A stretch of DNA of 63,700 nucleotides, counting the filler, from Octopus bimaculoides (taxonomy: Eukaryota), in the NCBI RefSeq assembly GCF_001194135.2. It is 6 parts of 6 records of this genome, joined end to end, with 100 filler letters (N's around TTAATTAATTAA, not from the genome) between each part and the next. Parts side by side here need not be neighbours in the genome. Positions count along the whole stretch, not along the records: positions 36,166 to 55,565 come from NC_069001.1; 5 more parts are not named here. One strand, 5' to 3'. Shown one piece after another: positions 38,205 through 51,869 of this stretch. The notes under the pieces were generated by a model. It saw nothing but the letters and a program-made list of their open reading frames with translations. It ran no database searches and had not been told where the DNA came from. How positions within the stretch are numbered: the stretch's first letter is position 1; each line of letters starts with the position of its first letter. The translations under genes were made by a program, and so were the position numbers.

Positions 38205-38892
38205 AAACATAATAGTATGTTGATAGAAAAAGGTGAAGGCAGCCTAAGAGGCATTTTCTATCCAAAAGGGATTTTCCAGCCTTATACTTACATGCTGTTA
38301 TGTATAGCTCTATCTGTGCACTTCGAGATATTTCAAAAAATACTTATTCACATTCTCTCAAAAGTTTATAAAATTCTTAAGTTATGTACATTTAAAGAAC
38401 AAAATCACTTGATATAAATTATAAAATTGAAATATATATTTATTTTAAAAAAAGCACCACGTTTTGGATGAAGCTGACTTTTACATTAATTGTTCATATT
38501 TTAGCTAAGTCAATTGATACTTGGCCTGTCGTTAGGTTTTCTTGTAAATATTCATACACAGACTTATATACATACACACACATATATACATACGTATATA
38601 ACACACATATTCATGCATAACACACATACATATATAACACATACATATATATACATACAGGCTAGCATATACAAGCATATATATGGGAGTGGTATATCTC
38701 TATCAATTGATGATGAGGTCTCAGTTGTTTCATCTACCGAATTACCTATTCCTGGTTTAATGTGTAACTGGCTGAGTATTCCACAGACATGTAACCTTTG
38801 AATCAGTGTGACAATAAGTGACAAGGTTCTACTTTTTAAAATACAAGGACAACCCACTTGATAAGCTTTTAAAGCATGTGAGCCTGTGTGTG

Positions 38893-38924
<32 letters not shown>

Positions 38925-41097
38925 GAGGCACAGGTATGGCTGTGTGGTAACAAGTCCACTTCCTAGCCACAGTATTCTGGGTTCAATCCCACTGCATGGC
39001 ACCTTGGTTGCCTTCTACTATAGCCTTGGGCCAACCAAAGCCTTGTGAATGGATTTCTTAGATGGAAACTGAAAGAAAACACAGTTAGTTCAGGGTTATC
39101 TCACTTTTCCTACTGAGGAAGCCACGTAGCAAGCCCCAAATGCATCTAAGGACCCAACAGAGGACATCACTGAGGTGAATGTTGTATTTACACCTTTTAC
39201 TTCTCCACAGAAGACCAGTCTCCACAGCAGAAGTGTTAAGGTCACCTCGGCCCCTGGTGAAGAAGATTCACCTACAAGAATCATGTACTGAGTGCAGTTC
39301 CCTTGCATGCCAGCTCTGGTTAAGCTGTCCAACTCATGCCAGCATGGAAAACAGACATTAAAGGATGACGATGATGATGAAATGCAGCGAAATTGCCTAT
39401 AGATGTTAAAATACATCACAAACACATTTGAAATAATGTAAAGTATATATATATATATAAACCCCTTCAGGTAGATGGCCCTGCTCAGTATGTAGAAAAG
39501 GAGTAGGTAGTAACTCTATAAGATGTACCCGGTGCAAGCTATGGACACANNNNNNNNNNNNNNNNNNNNNNNNNNNNNNNNNNNNNNNNNNNNNNNNNNN
39601 NNNNNNNNNNNNNNNNNNNNNNNNNNNNNNNNNNNNNNNNNNNNNNNNNNNNNNNNNNNNNNNNNNNNNNNNNNNNNNNNNNNNNNNNNNNNNNNNNNNN
39701 NNNNNNNNNNNNNNNNNNNNNNNNNNNNNNNNNNNNNNNNNNNNNNNNNNNNNNNNNNNNNNNNNNNNNNNNNNNNNNNNNNNNNNNNNNNNNNNNNNNN
39801 NNNNNNNNNNNNNNNNNNNNNNNNNNNNNNNNNNNNNNNNNNNNNNNNNNNNNNNNNNNNNNNNNNNNNNNNNNNNNNNNNNNNNNNNNNNNNNNNNNNN
39901 NNNNNNNNNNNNNNNNNNNNNNNNNNNNNNNNNNNNNNNNNNNNNNNNNNNNNNNNNNNNNNNNNNNNNNNNNNNNNNNNNNNNNNNNNNNNNNNNNNNN
40001 NNNNNNNNNNNNNNNNNNNNNNNNNNNNNNNNNNNNNNNNNNNNNNNNNNNNNNNNNNNNNNNNNNNNNNNNNNNNNNNNNNNNNNNNNNNNNNNNNNNN
40101 NNNNNNNNNNNNNNNNNNNNNNNNNNNNNNNNNNNNNNNNNNNNNNNNNNNNNNNNNNNNNNNNNNNNNNNNNNNNNNNNNNNNNNNNNNNNNNNNNNNN
40201 NNNNNNNNNNNNNNNNNNNNNNNNNNNNNNNNNNNNNNNNNNNNNNNNNNNNNNNNNNNNNNNNNNNNNNNNNNNNTTTAACTCGATTTCGATTTCACTT
40301 GCCTCAACAAGTCTTCGCAAGCGGAGTTTAGTGTCCAATGAAGGAAAGGTACGCATAAGTGGGCTGGCTACACCCCTAGCAGAGGCCTTGGATTTAGGTC
40401 TCACTTGGCTTGCCGGGTCTTCTCACGCACGGCATATTTCCAAAGGTCTCATATATATATATATATATATATTATCGTCATCATTTAACACTGATCTACC
40501 TAATTGGCAAGGTTTGGGTGATTCAACAAGAGCTGACAAACTAAAAGATTGTGTCAGGCTCCAATGCCTGCTTTGGATTGTTCTCTACAGCTGGATGTCC
40601 TTCTTAATACCAACCACTTCACAGAGTGTACTAGGTTCTTTTCACTGGGCACCAGCATTAGTGGAGGTCTCCAAGTAACTCACAAGACAAGACCAGTCAA
40701 CTGCAGTAGTGAGGGAGGTGGCTTTGTGCTAGGTATGACAGAAGCTGGTGTTTTGCAGTGACGGAGACACGTGGCTACCCCAGTTGAAAAAGGAGAGAAG
40801 ATTGGAAGGAAGCATCTATGAACACTAAACACACATACATATAAATGCACAAACACAGAGACATATGCATGTGCATACAAACACACATGCACATACATAC
40901 ATATATACATACATACACACACACACACACTGTATAAAATAAATGCACAAATTAAAAAAGAATAGTGTACCAATTTCAAAATAATGAATATGAAAATTTA
41001 TTTTAAAGCGAAAAATTTCACTTTTGTTTTTTGCTATGACCTAGGTGGAATTTGAACTCAGAACATAAAGCAGTAATGATTGTGCCAGCTTACAACC

Positions 41098-41144
<47 letters not shown>

Positions 41145-41560
41145 GATAATAATAATGGTTTCTAATTTTGCCACAAGGCCAGTAATTTCAAGGAGGGGGT
41201 CTAGGTGATTGCATCAACCCCAGTGTTCAACTGGTACTTTATTTTACTGACCTCTCCGAAAGGATGAAAGGCAATGCTGATCTTGGCAGAATCTGGACTC
41301 AGAATGTAAAAATGGACAAAATGCTGCCAAGCATTTTTCCCAGCATGCTAATGGTTCTGCCAGCTCACCACCTTAACAGAAATAATAATAATAATAACCT
41401 TTGCTACTGCAGCTATTTTTGAATCACCCCAAATTTCCTTAATCTAAAAGAAAAAGATTAACCAAAAGTTGTATTCCACTGTGAGAGAAAACCCCTTATC
41501 TGAATATTAATCTATAGGATATGGTAGGAAGTGAAATGGTCTAGAACAAATAGACAGTAC

Positions 41561-41670
41561 CGTCAGCTGGAGTATTGATCCCAATGCAGAAAGTGCTCGG
41601 ACTTTCACATCTTCAGGACAATTCTGAATTGTCTGGCCAACATTCTTCATAGCTTCATCCATCTTAGAGC
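41561..41670 (-). CDS. PSMD5: PSMD5 internal exon (110 nt, phase 1 to 0)
   Basis: (G)SKMDEAMKNVGQTIQNCPEDVKVRALSALGSILQLT resembles human [31 protein letters not shown]. Acceptor tctcaatttttcag, donor ACG|gtactg. Confidence 0.9.
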
Positions 41671-42606
41671 CTGAAAAATTGAGACAGAAATACATGGAAT
41701 GATCTGGGACAGCAGAACAAATTTAACCCTTTAAGCATTTAAATTGATCATATCCAGCCTAAATATTTTACTTGTTTTATGTTCAAACCAGCCAGATCAG
41801 GCCTCTCACATGTACCCTACAATGTCCTTCTAAAAATAAACAGTGACATCATCAAAATCTCAAAGCTATAAGATAATGCAGGATCAATTCAAAAAATGAA
41901 TAAGTGTTACATTTGACAGAGTAATGTAAATTGTGAAGGATTAAAAATAATTAAATAATGAAATATGAAAAGTAAATAAAAATGATAAAATGTTATTATT
42001 GATGAGTTTTAATAATCTAATTAAACTAGTGAGGGTTTAGTGCCACAACCAACAGTACCAAGACCATACTACTGGTTATGGCACCGAGCCCTCACAACTG
42101 CCTCCAACATCGAGTCCAGACTACCAGTGGTAGCACTGAGCCCATACAACTAGCAGTGGTATTTAACCAATTCTACTGCAGATAGTACAAGGTCCACTAC
42201 TACCAAGTCCAGGCTATCACTAGCACCAAGTTCACAAGACCACTGACACTTCAGAGTCCAAACTGTAATTGGCACTACCAGTAGCTGTGAAAGGAGCCAG
42301 AGAATTATATTTACCTACATCAATCAGTTAACAGTTCCACAATCTTGGAATATTGGTAAACATGAAAATCAAGTTCTAATAGAACTCAGTGTACCATAAA
42401 GTTGTTGTTCCTCTTTTAAAAACAATAGGGTGTTATTTGAGAGAGATTTGGGTGCTATTTCTAGCAGGTCAAGTAATCACATAGAAACTTTTTCTCTCTC
42501 TCTTTCATTTAACCATGTTGTTGTTTAACCCCAGGTCAATCTTGGTAAAATGTATGCCAGTCACAACCATCCTCTCTTTTTTACATATGAACAACTAAAT
42601 TAACTA

Positions 42607-42818
42607 CAGGGTGTCCACAAGGTCTGGGTACATGGAGTAAATAAAATCATAGCATAAACAATTAAATATAAGAAATGATAATCTCTTAAAGTATGTGTTA
42701 ATCCCCATGTGAGTACATGGAGTAAATAAAATCATAACATAAACAATTAAATATAAGAAATAACAATTTCTTAAAGTATGTGTTAATCCCCATGTACCCA
42801 GACTTTGTGGACACCCTG
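42607..42818. mobile_element. Tc1/mariner MITE with an internal 85-bp tandem duplication
   Basis: TA|CAGGGTGTCCACAAGGTCTGGGTACATGG ... CCATGTACCCAGACTTTGTGGACACCCTG|TA; duplicated units start at 42628 and 42713. Confidence 0.9.
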
Positions 42819-43598
42819 TACAATAACCAAGACCAAATTATTAATCAAGATGGTGTTGGAGGGTGGTGATTTGAGAAAGATTTGGCCTCTATTTCTTACA
42901 AGGGAAGCAATGTACAGAGGGTCCCTTGTGTGCCCAATACATTGGGACAAAGGATTTGGTGGCAGCAGGGTTACAAAATTTATATTTTCTTCACCATATG
43001 AGAAAAATAGACACACACACAGCCTCACGGTTAGAGTACCGGCTTTATCATCATAAGGCCATAGATTTAATTACTGAACCTTGAGTAAGGCACTTTATTT
43101 CATGTTACTCCAGGTTACTCAGCTCTGAAACTGAGGACCAGCCAAGTACCAAGCCCAGCCTTCTCTCCCTCTCGTTGTCACATAATGTCCGATTGGGTCA
43201 AGAGAGGGAGACGCAAGGGGGTGTCTACTGTACAACTGCTCTCAAAAAGTCAGGCACCTGAAGCTATTAGTCGAAAGTATTGCATATGCTACTAAGTTAT
43301 ATTTGTTTGTGAGTGATGGCCATGCTTTATTTGGGGGAGGAAAACATCCAGCAGAAGCTTCATGTTCATTTTCAGTAATCTGTCTTCTCAAGAACAGATC
43401 AGCTTCACTCACTCACTCCACTACTCTTGCAGCCATCACTCATCTAACTCATTTCTCTCACTCACTCTCTCTATGCATCATTCACCATCTTAGACATGTT
43501 ACCTAGGTAGTACAAACTCATCATACAGAAGCGAGGACTATCTTACAGTAGACAGGGCAACCTCACTAATGCTGGTGCCAGTAATAGATGCACCCAAT

Positions 43599-43982
43599 TG
43601 TTGTTGGCCCTGTCGCTTACGACGTCGAGGGTTCCAGTTGATCCGATCAACGGAACAGCCTGCTCGTGAAATTAACGTGCAAGTGGCTGAGCACTCCACA
43701 GACACGTGTACCCTTAACATAGTTCTCGGGGAGATTCAGCGTGACACAGTGTGACAAGGCTGACCCTTTTGAATTACAGGCACAACAGAAACAGGAAGTA
43801 AGAGTGAGAGAAAGTTGTGGTGAAAGAGTACAGCAGGGTTCGCCACCATCCCCTGCCGGAGCCTCGTGGAGCTTTAGGTGTTTTCACTCAATAAACACAC
43901 ACAACGCCCAGTCTGGGAATCGAAACTGCGATCTTATGACCGCAAGTCCGCTGCCCTAACTACTGGGCCATTGCGCCTCCAC
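43599..43982 (-). mobile_element. SINE family A, full length, with 14-bp TSD
   Basis: TSD tagatgcacccaat at 43585-43598 and 43983-43996. Confidence 0.93.
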
Positions 43983-44630
43983 TAGATGCACCCAATATGT
44001 TCCATAAAAAGGTGGTGAGCTGGCAGAATCGTTAGGACATCAGACAAAATGCTGAGGTCAACTTTACCTTTCACCTCTTCAGGATCGATAAAATATAGTA
44101 CTAGTCAAGTACTAGGGTCAATGTAATGACTAATCCCATCCCATCAAAACTGCTGGTCTAGAACTTTGCAACAAACCAGCATACCATTCAGGGGGAAAAT
44201 TGTGATCTCAGTTTCTTATATGCCATGGGAACTCGGTAACCTGAAATACGAGTCCTAGGAGCTCAAGGAAAAAAAAAAAAAGTTTTGTAAAGGGGTTAGT
44301 GATGAGGTGGAGACAACACGGGATCAATAAAACCCTTCAGTCTTATTGAGAACATGACAACTTCTCTAGTGCTGGTGCCATGAGGAAATGTACCCAGTAC
44401 ACTGTGAAGTGGTTGGTGACTGGAAGGGCATCCAGCAGTAGAAACATGCCAAAAAAGAAGGAAACAGGTGAGATGTGGTCCCTTGATCAGTCAAGAAGAG
44501 CAATACTTTGAAATAACTGATACGGACAGACAACCTGTCTAACCCAAACCAACATAAAAACCAAGTATAAAATTATGGTGATGATGATGATGAAAATGAC
44601 AAGGGGGATGATATTTAAATCAATTTTTAC

Positions 44631-44819
44631 CGTATTTCTTTAGAATCAGCTTCCCATTTTTAGTGATAGCAATTTGTGCGATAGTCTCGATTCCAATGGT
44701 TCTTAATGTCATGTCTGAAGAATTCAAACTAGACAGAACTTTACACAAGAAGTGCTGGTACCTAGAGCAGATTTCATTGGGTCGATGTCGTGCTACACTG
44801 CCAAAAAAGGTAATCAGTC
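44631..44819 (-). CDS. PSMD5: PSMD5 internal exon (189 nt, phase 1 to 1); absent from the ORF track
   Basis: Manual translation (G)LITFFGSVARHRPNEICSRYQHFLCKVLSSLNSSDMTLRTIGIETIAQIAITKNGKLILKKY(G) parallels human GFVKFFGNLAV...ICERYPIFVEKVF...VAVDTVGILGSNVEGKQVL. Acceptor tttttcttgtag, donor G|gtaaaa; phases fit both neighbours. Confidence 0.92.
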
Positions 44820-45194
44820 CTACAAGAAAAAATTAAAATAAAAAAGGTCTTTTAAAAAAGACAGGACAGAACAAAATATATATTTTTTAAAACAAATGAT
44901 GCTAAATTATTGAAAATTTCGACAAGAGTGGTGGTGGTGGTGGGGGGAAACAGTTTCATGGGGAAAATAATAAGGCAAAGACATGGCTTTGTGGTTCAGA
45001 AGCTTGATTTGTAACCAAAGGGTTTCAGGTTCAGTCCCACTGTGTGGCACCTTGAACAAGTATTTCTTACTATAGCCCCAAGACAACCAAAACCTTGTGA
45101 ATGAATTTGGTAGGCAGAAACTGTATGGAACGTGGAAGTTAGTCGTGTGAGTGTGTGTGTGTGTGTGTGTGTACATATATATATATGACTACTG

Positions 45195-45743
45195 ACCAAG
45201 ACCTTTGGAAATGTGCTGTGCGTGAGAAGACCCGGCAAGCCAAGTAAGATCGTTGCCAGTGCCCCTGGGCTGGTTCTTGTGCGGGTGGCACATGAGATGC
45301 ACCATTTTGAGCGTGGCCGTTGCCAGTACCGCCTGACTNNNNNNNNNNNNNNNNNNNNNNNNNNNNNNNNNNNNNNNNNNNNNNNNNNNNNNNNNNNNNN
45401 NNNNNNNNNNNNNNNNNNNNNNNNNNNNNNNNNNNNNNNNNNNNNNNNNNNNNNNNNNNNNNNNNNNNNNNNNNNNNNNNNNNNNNNNNNNNNNNNNNNN
45501 NNNNGGCACATAAAAGACACCATTTCGAGCGTGGCCGTTTTCGTGCGGGTGACACGTAAAAGCACCCACTACACTCTCTGAGTGGTTGGCGTTAGGAAGG
45601 GCATCCAGCTGTAGAAACTCTGCCAAATTAGACTGGAGCCTGGTGTTGCCATCCGGTTTCACCAGTCCTCAGTCAAATCGTCCAACCCATGCTAGCATGG
45701 AAAGCGGACGTTAAACGATGATGATGATGATGATGATGATGAT
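45195..45743 (+). mobile_element. RTE-related element 3' end (family E), gap inside
   Basis: gacctttggaaatgtgctgtgcgtgagaagacccgg (DLWKCAVREKTR, resembling an RTE ORF end), ggttggcgttaggaagggcatccagc motif, tail ccaacccatgctagcatggaaagcggacgttaaac(gat)n. Tail fragments also at about 36780, 39320, 40500, 48160, 50680 and 54652. Confidence 0.7.
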
Positions 45744-47726
45744 ATATACACACACACACACACGTGTGTGTATAGTTTGTTCCCTCCCACCACCACTTGA
45801 CAACCAATGTTGGTTTGTTTACATTCATGTAACTTAGTTTGGCAATAGAGATTGATAAGTACCAGACTTAAAAAGAATAAATACTGGGATTGATTTGTTC
45901 AACTAAAACCCTTCAAGGTACTGGTGTCCCAGCATGGCCACAGTTCAAAGACTGTAACAAGATAACTCATTTGTCAAATTCCAAATTTTCTCAGAGATCC
46001 CTTTTTATAATTCTTAGCAGAGTTCTTAGAACACTGAGTAAAATAATTTATGATATTTGCTTCAGTTTCTTGCATCTAGGTTCAAATCCCACCAAGACCA
46101 ACTTTACCGTTATCATCCTTTTTTGGAGGAGTTGATAAAGTACCAACTGAATTGCTGATGCAGCCCTCTCTCTTTGCCTGCAACTGTCACATGCTTTATT
46201 GTCTACTGGATGAAGAGCAAGAGAGCCAAGAGGATGTCCGTGTTGCTCGCAACTACCTGAGCACCTCAAAACATAACTGAAAGCATGGTACATTTTACCC
46301 AAGTTATTTTCAATTCTGAAAGATAGCTGTAAAATGTATCAGACAGCAGAGGAAGAACAACTCTGGCTATATAGCTACATGCATGAATGAGAAATAAATA
46401 AATAAATAAATAAATAAAACCAACTGACCAACCAACCAACCAACTTCTCCAGTCACTATTCCTGGGAGGGGTGTGGAGGTAGAGTCAGCAGGCACCTCAG
46501 CTGTAGTGTGATGTGGAGGCACGTGGCTTAGTGGTTAGGGTGTTAGACTAATGATTGTAAGATTGTGGTTTCGATTCCTGGACCAGGCGATGTGTTGTGT
46601 TCTTGAGCAAAACACTTCATTTCACATTGCTCCAGTCAACTCAGCTGACAAAAAAAGAGTGATCTTGCGACAGACCAACATCGTGTCCAGGAAGAGAATT
46701 CATGTCATGGAAACTAGGAAACTGACACTTATGAGTTAGCATGATTCAAGAAGATAACGTTACCTTTTTTTTTTCCCCCCAGCTGTAGGGTCCTATCAGA
46801 AGCAACTGTAATTTACACTTTCCAGTTGGATTCCCAAGAGTGACCAACTAAAATTAAGGATATTATCTAAATATCTGAAAAGAATCCATGTTCTTTTTTG
46901 TTGTTGCTGTTAATAAAATTATAATCTCATCTAAGTAAGCCTTCAGTCATCACTCAAAATCAAAGATAATTGATAGCAGGTACAATGCTTTCAGTAATGG
47001 TTTGAGGTGTTTGTATAGTTACGAGTATACAGGGACTCCCTCTTTGCCCTTCCACTCTTCACCTAGATCAGTAGTTCTCTTGATTACTATTTTATTCTGG
47101 TGGACTCCCATAGCCATTGAATGTTTAAAAACTATTTTCATAAATACTTCTTTCAAAACTTCTATTCTGTTGCTCATATATTCACATGTGATGGTTTGCA
47201 AAAGTATTCACTGAGAGAACATGGTTCAGTGACCAGAAATATGGTGTACTGGATCCCCAATTAACTATTTTTCTGGCAAGGACCCCCTTTGATTAGTATC
47301 TTATGCTGGTGAACCCCGCCATAGTTGTTCAATGTTTAAAAAGTAGTTTTATAGATANNNNNNNNNNCGGCGGAATTTGAACTCAGAACGTAGTGGCAGA
47401 CGAAATACCGCTAAGCATTTCGCCCGGCATCCTAACGTTTCTGCCAGCTCACAGCTGTTTCTTGCAATAAATATATCAGCTCCAATCATCATAGAGTTTC
47501 TTATTCCAAGATGTGTACATAGTAGCACCAGACAAGACTTGAACCGGGAATTGTGGAAAACATCACAATAGGTGCAGGCATGGCTGTGTGGTAAGAAGTC
47601 TGCTTCCTAACTACATGGTCTAGAGTTCAGTCCCACTGCATGGCACCTGAGAAAAAGTGTCTTCTATTATAGATACCAGCTGACCAAAGCCTTGTGAGTG
47701 GATTTGGTAGACAGAAACTGATTTGA

Positions 47727-47962
47727 AGGCGGCGAGCTGGCAGAAACGTTAGCACGCCGGGCGAAATGCTTAGCGGTATTTCGTCTGCTGCTCCGTTCTG
47801 AGTTCAAATTCCGCTGAGGTCGACTTTGCCTTTCATCCTTTCGGGGCCGATAAATTAAGTACCAGTTATGCACTGGGGTCGATCTAATCGACTTAATCCC
47901 TTTGTCTGTCCTTGTTTGTCCCCTCTATGTTTAGCCCTTTGTGGGCAATAAAGAAATAAGAA
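47727..47962 (+). mobile_element. SINE family B, young copy
   Basis: A-box tggcagaaacg, B-box gagttcaaattcc, CORE-like gcctttcatcctttcggggccgataaattaagtaccag. Confidence 0.9.
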
Positions 47963-48659
47963 ACTGATTAGAATTCTTTCATGTGTGTGAGTGTGTGTGT
48001 GTGTGTGCATATGTACGTTTGTCCTTTTGTAGACATTGTGTGATAGTTGTAAACAAGTGCCACTGTCATGCAAGCAGTGTCCATTGCTTCCAATCTTCCA
48101 TGATAGCATGTTTGGTCATGAGATGCAGCCATACGAAATCTACCTCAACAAATTCCATCTCACTCATGCAAACATAAAAAAAGTGGACGTTAAAAACAAC
48201 GACAGTGAAGATGAGTATATCAGTTCACAGCTCGGGAATGATGAATGTACAGAAGCATGACACAGATTCCATACAGTAATGACTGCAGCAATGTGCAAGC
48301 CTTTAAAGACACACAACTAAATGTCAATAGCCAGCAATACAAAACAAGGTGGTGGTGGTAGGGGAGGTGCTGTGTAATTTTAAAGAAAATAAAAACATTA
48401 AATAAAAGCAACAACAACAGAGAGAAAATTACAATTTAAATGTTCAAAAAAGCAAGTGACAAAGAAATTGCCATCATTAGAAGCAATAATAAGAGAAGAC
48501 AGAAAATTTTAGTAAAAGACTTTCCCTTGTCATCAACCACAAAAAGTAGACTTTGGTTTGAAACAGAGAAATTAAAGGAATTATATAGAGACAACCGAAA
48601 ACCTACTTCCACAACTATTTCAGATGGTTTATAGAATACTGTAAAACCGATATTATCAT

Positions 48660-48815
48660 TCTTATTCTACATTCTGAGTTCAAATTCCACTGAGGTCAAT
48701 TTTGCCTTTCATTCTTTCGGGGGCAATAAAATAAGCACCAGTTGAACACTGGGGTTGATGTAATCAACAATTCCCCTCCCGCCAAATTTCAAGCCTTGTT
48801 CTTTTTGTAGAAAGG

Positions 48816-48847
<32 letters not shown>

Positions 48848-50660
48848 AACAGCAAGCTGACAGAATCATTAGCACGCTGGGCAAAATACTTGGCAGTATT
48901 TCGTCCATCAGTTTTCAGTATTATTATTATAATTATTATTATTAAACTGGCACACTGTTGGTTACGACAACAATGGTTTTAGTTGATTGTATCAACAGAG
49001 CAGCCTACTTGTGAAACTAATGTGCAAGTGGCTGAGCACTCCACAGACATGCATACCTTTAACATAGTTCTCAGGAAGATTTCACATGACACAGAGTGTA
49101 ACAAGGCTAGCCCTCTGAAATACAGGTACTACTCATTTTTGCCAACTGACTTGACTGGAGCAGCATGAAGTAAAGTATCTTGCTCAAGGATTCAATGCTA
49201 CCTGGAATCAAGCTCCAAACCTTACAATCAAAAGCTGGACCACTAAGCCATTAACCTTCACTATTATTATTATTAAGGTGGTGGTGTGACAGAATTGTTA
49301 GCGTGCCAGACAAAATACTTAGCAGCATTTCATTTGTCTTTGCATTGTGAGTTCAAATTCCACTGAGGTCAACTTTACCTCTCAGTCCTTTCAGGAGTCA
49401 ATAAAATAAGTACCAGTCAAATACTAAAGTCATTGATATCAACAAACCCATTCAAAACAGGTGTTGTGCCTAAATTTGAAACCATTATTATTATTATTAT
49501 TAAGTGAGAGAGCAGTGCATGCCAGCAAAGTGACACTGGGGTACAAATATACGAAGCCAAGTATACCCATCATGACTACCCGTCTGATAAGGGTACACCA
49601 GGTACATGCATCACAATCATATGTGTGCGACATGTGATCTCATATCAAGATAAACAGCGCATGACCTCGCAGGTGGAGCCCAGTTAGAATTTTCTTCAGG
49701 TCGAGTAGCCCATCCTGCTCAAAAGGTCCCTGAATAAGGTTTAAGAATGTTGAGCAAAACACAGACGTTTCCAAAGGTGAATTATCCAATTATTATTATT
49801 ATTAATAGTAGTATCATTAAGGCAGAACCATTAGCATGCTGGACAAAATGCTTGGTGGCATTTTATCCATTTTTACATTCTGAGTTCAAATTTCGCCAAA
49901 GCTAACTTTGCCTTTCATCCTTTCCAGGTTCGATAAAATAAGTACCAGTTGAGCACTAGGGGGGTCAATGTAATGGACTTCTCCTTCCCCTGAAATTGCT
50001 GGCCTTGTGCCAAAATTTGAAACCATTATTATTATTATTATTTTAATTAATGTATCTTGTGTATACAAAAAAATGTATGACTGCTGCTGTTAAGTTTACA
50101 GCCCTACAGAGATTACCATCATCCAGTCAGCTTCCACTAACCTGGTTAAGCCGACTAGTATTACTAGTTATAATTTCCTCTCTCTTTATTATATCTCCCC
50201 CTTTCTCTTGTTTCTTAGTCCCTATTTATCTGTCTCTGCCAACTGTTTTCTTTCCACTTCCCTCTCAAAATACTTATAAAATGCCTTGAGTTCTACCCAA
50301 ATCTTGACACTAGTTCTCTAACGTAATGCAACAAAGTGTTTCCCTGACAAACCGCTGTGGTTAAACATCCAATTGCACATGAAACATCCAACACAAAGTT
50401 CCAAACAACCACAATGGCGAAACACATGTAGGAACTATTAGTATAAACTTGTGTTTATCATAATTCTTCATAATTTTTCATTTCAGACAAAATGCTCAGT
50501 AACATTTTCTCAGGTTTTACATTCAAATTCCGCTACAGTTAACTTTTCCTTTCATCCTTTTGTAGTCAATAAAATAAGTACCAGTTGAGCGCTGGGGTTC
50601 AACATAATCAACTAGCCCTCTTCTCCAAAATTTCAAGCCTTGTGCCCACTGTGGAAAGGA
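48660..50660. mobile_element. Cluster of decayed SINEs (family B copies separated by (ATT)n, a family A-related element, family D)
   Basis: Repeated ttctgagttcaaattcc...gtacca units; family D 49500-49790 recurs at 53520-53680. Confidence 0.75.
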
Positions 50661-51044
50661 TTCATCATCATCATCATCATCGTTTAACATCTGCTTTCCA
50701 TGCTGGCATAGGTTGGACGGTTTGACATTTAATGCCTGTTTTCCATGCTGGTATGTCCGACCCATGCCAGCATGGAAAACAGACATTAAACAATGATGAT
50801 GATGATGATGATGATGATAATCGACCCCAGTACCTTTCGTTTCTTTTTTTAAGTCTGGTACTTAAACCTTCAGTCTCTTTCGCCAAACCAATAAGTTACA
50901 GGGACATAAACACACCGACATTGGTTCTCNNNNNNNNNNTTAAACCTTCAGTCTCTTTCGCCAAACCAATAAGTTACAGGGACATAAACACACCGACATT
51001 GGTTCTCAAGTGGTGGTGGGAGGAAAACAGAGAGAAAGAGAGAG

Positions 51045-51092
<48 letters not shown>

Positions 51093-51514
51093 CATGTAAA
51101 TAATAACACAAATGGGCTGAGGTTCACTACAGCTGTTTCAGACATGTTTTTTTTATTGATGAACAAATCAATTACATCATGTAAACTAATTGTTTTCTTC
51201 AGATGAATTAAAATTAAAATAAAATTTAACGTTTAAGATTTTTCAAACAAAGAATATAGAATGCACATCTCTCATCTCAGTGCCGGTTATGACAGGTTTC
51301 TTTCAGTTTCCATCTACCAAAGCCACTCACAAGGTTTTGGTCGGCCTGGGGCTATAGTAGAAGACACTTGCCTAAGGTGCCATGCAGAGGGAATGAACCC
51401 AGAACCATATGGTTGGGAAGCAAAACTCCTTACCACACAGCCACGCCCGTGCATACAGACAGACGTTGAAGAACATAGAAAAATCTCATTGACAATATTT
51501 AAATGATGCCTAAC

Positions 51515-51773
51515 CTGGCTGCAAGAGTTCAAGTAAAACATCCGAGTCAGCTTTAATCAAGAGTGTCTCAAGACGGTCAAGGACTTTATGTTCGGTCAGC
51601 CAAGTAAATCCATGGTCACTTGTGGCCAAGTTTGTTAGTAGTTCTACGCAGTTCATCTTTGCCAATACATCCGCACTATCACCATAGAGTTCGTTAAGGA
51701 GATTTTCCAACAGACCAGATCCAATCACCAATGACAAATTCCGGGCAGATGAATTGCCAATATTAACGAGCAA
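51515..51773 (-). CDS. PSMD5: PSMD5 internal exon (259 nt, phase 0 to 1)
   Basis: Encodes LLVNIGNSSARNLSLVIGSGLLENLLNELYGDSADVLAKMNCVELLTNLATSDHGFTWLTEHKVLDRLETLLIKADSDVLLELLQP(G). This parallels human PSMD5 ...[30 protein letters not shown]...GADSDPFSSFYLPG as recalled. Acceptor ttgttttctag, donor G|gttagg. Confidence 0.92.
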
Positions 51774-51816
51774 CTAGAAAACAATTAGGATCAATATATT
51801 AGTAATTATATAAAAT

Positions 51817-51869
<53 letters not shown>

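Noticed and set aside
46048-46302. Minus ORF after a plausible acceptor inside a PSMD5 intron
   Set aside because: No PSMD5 similarity, and the flanking exons already join in phase with no missing residues.
50862-51007. Perfect 68-bp direct repeat around 10 N
   Set aside because: Unmerged contig overlap; an artefact.
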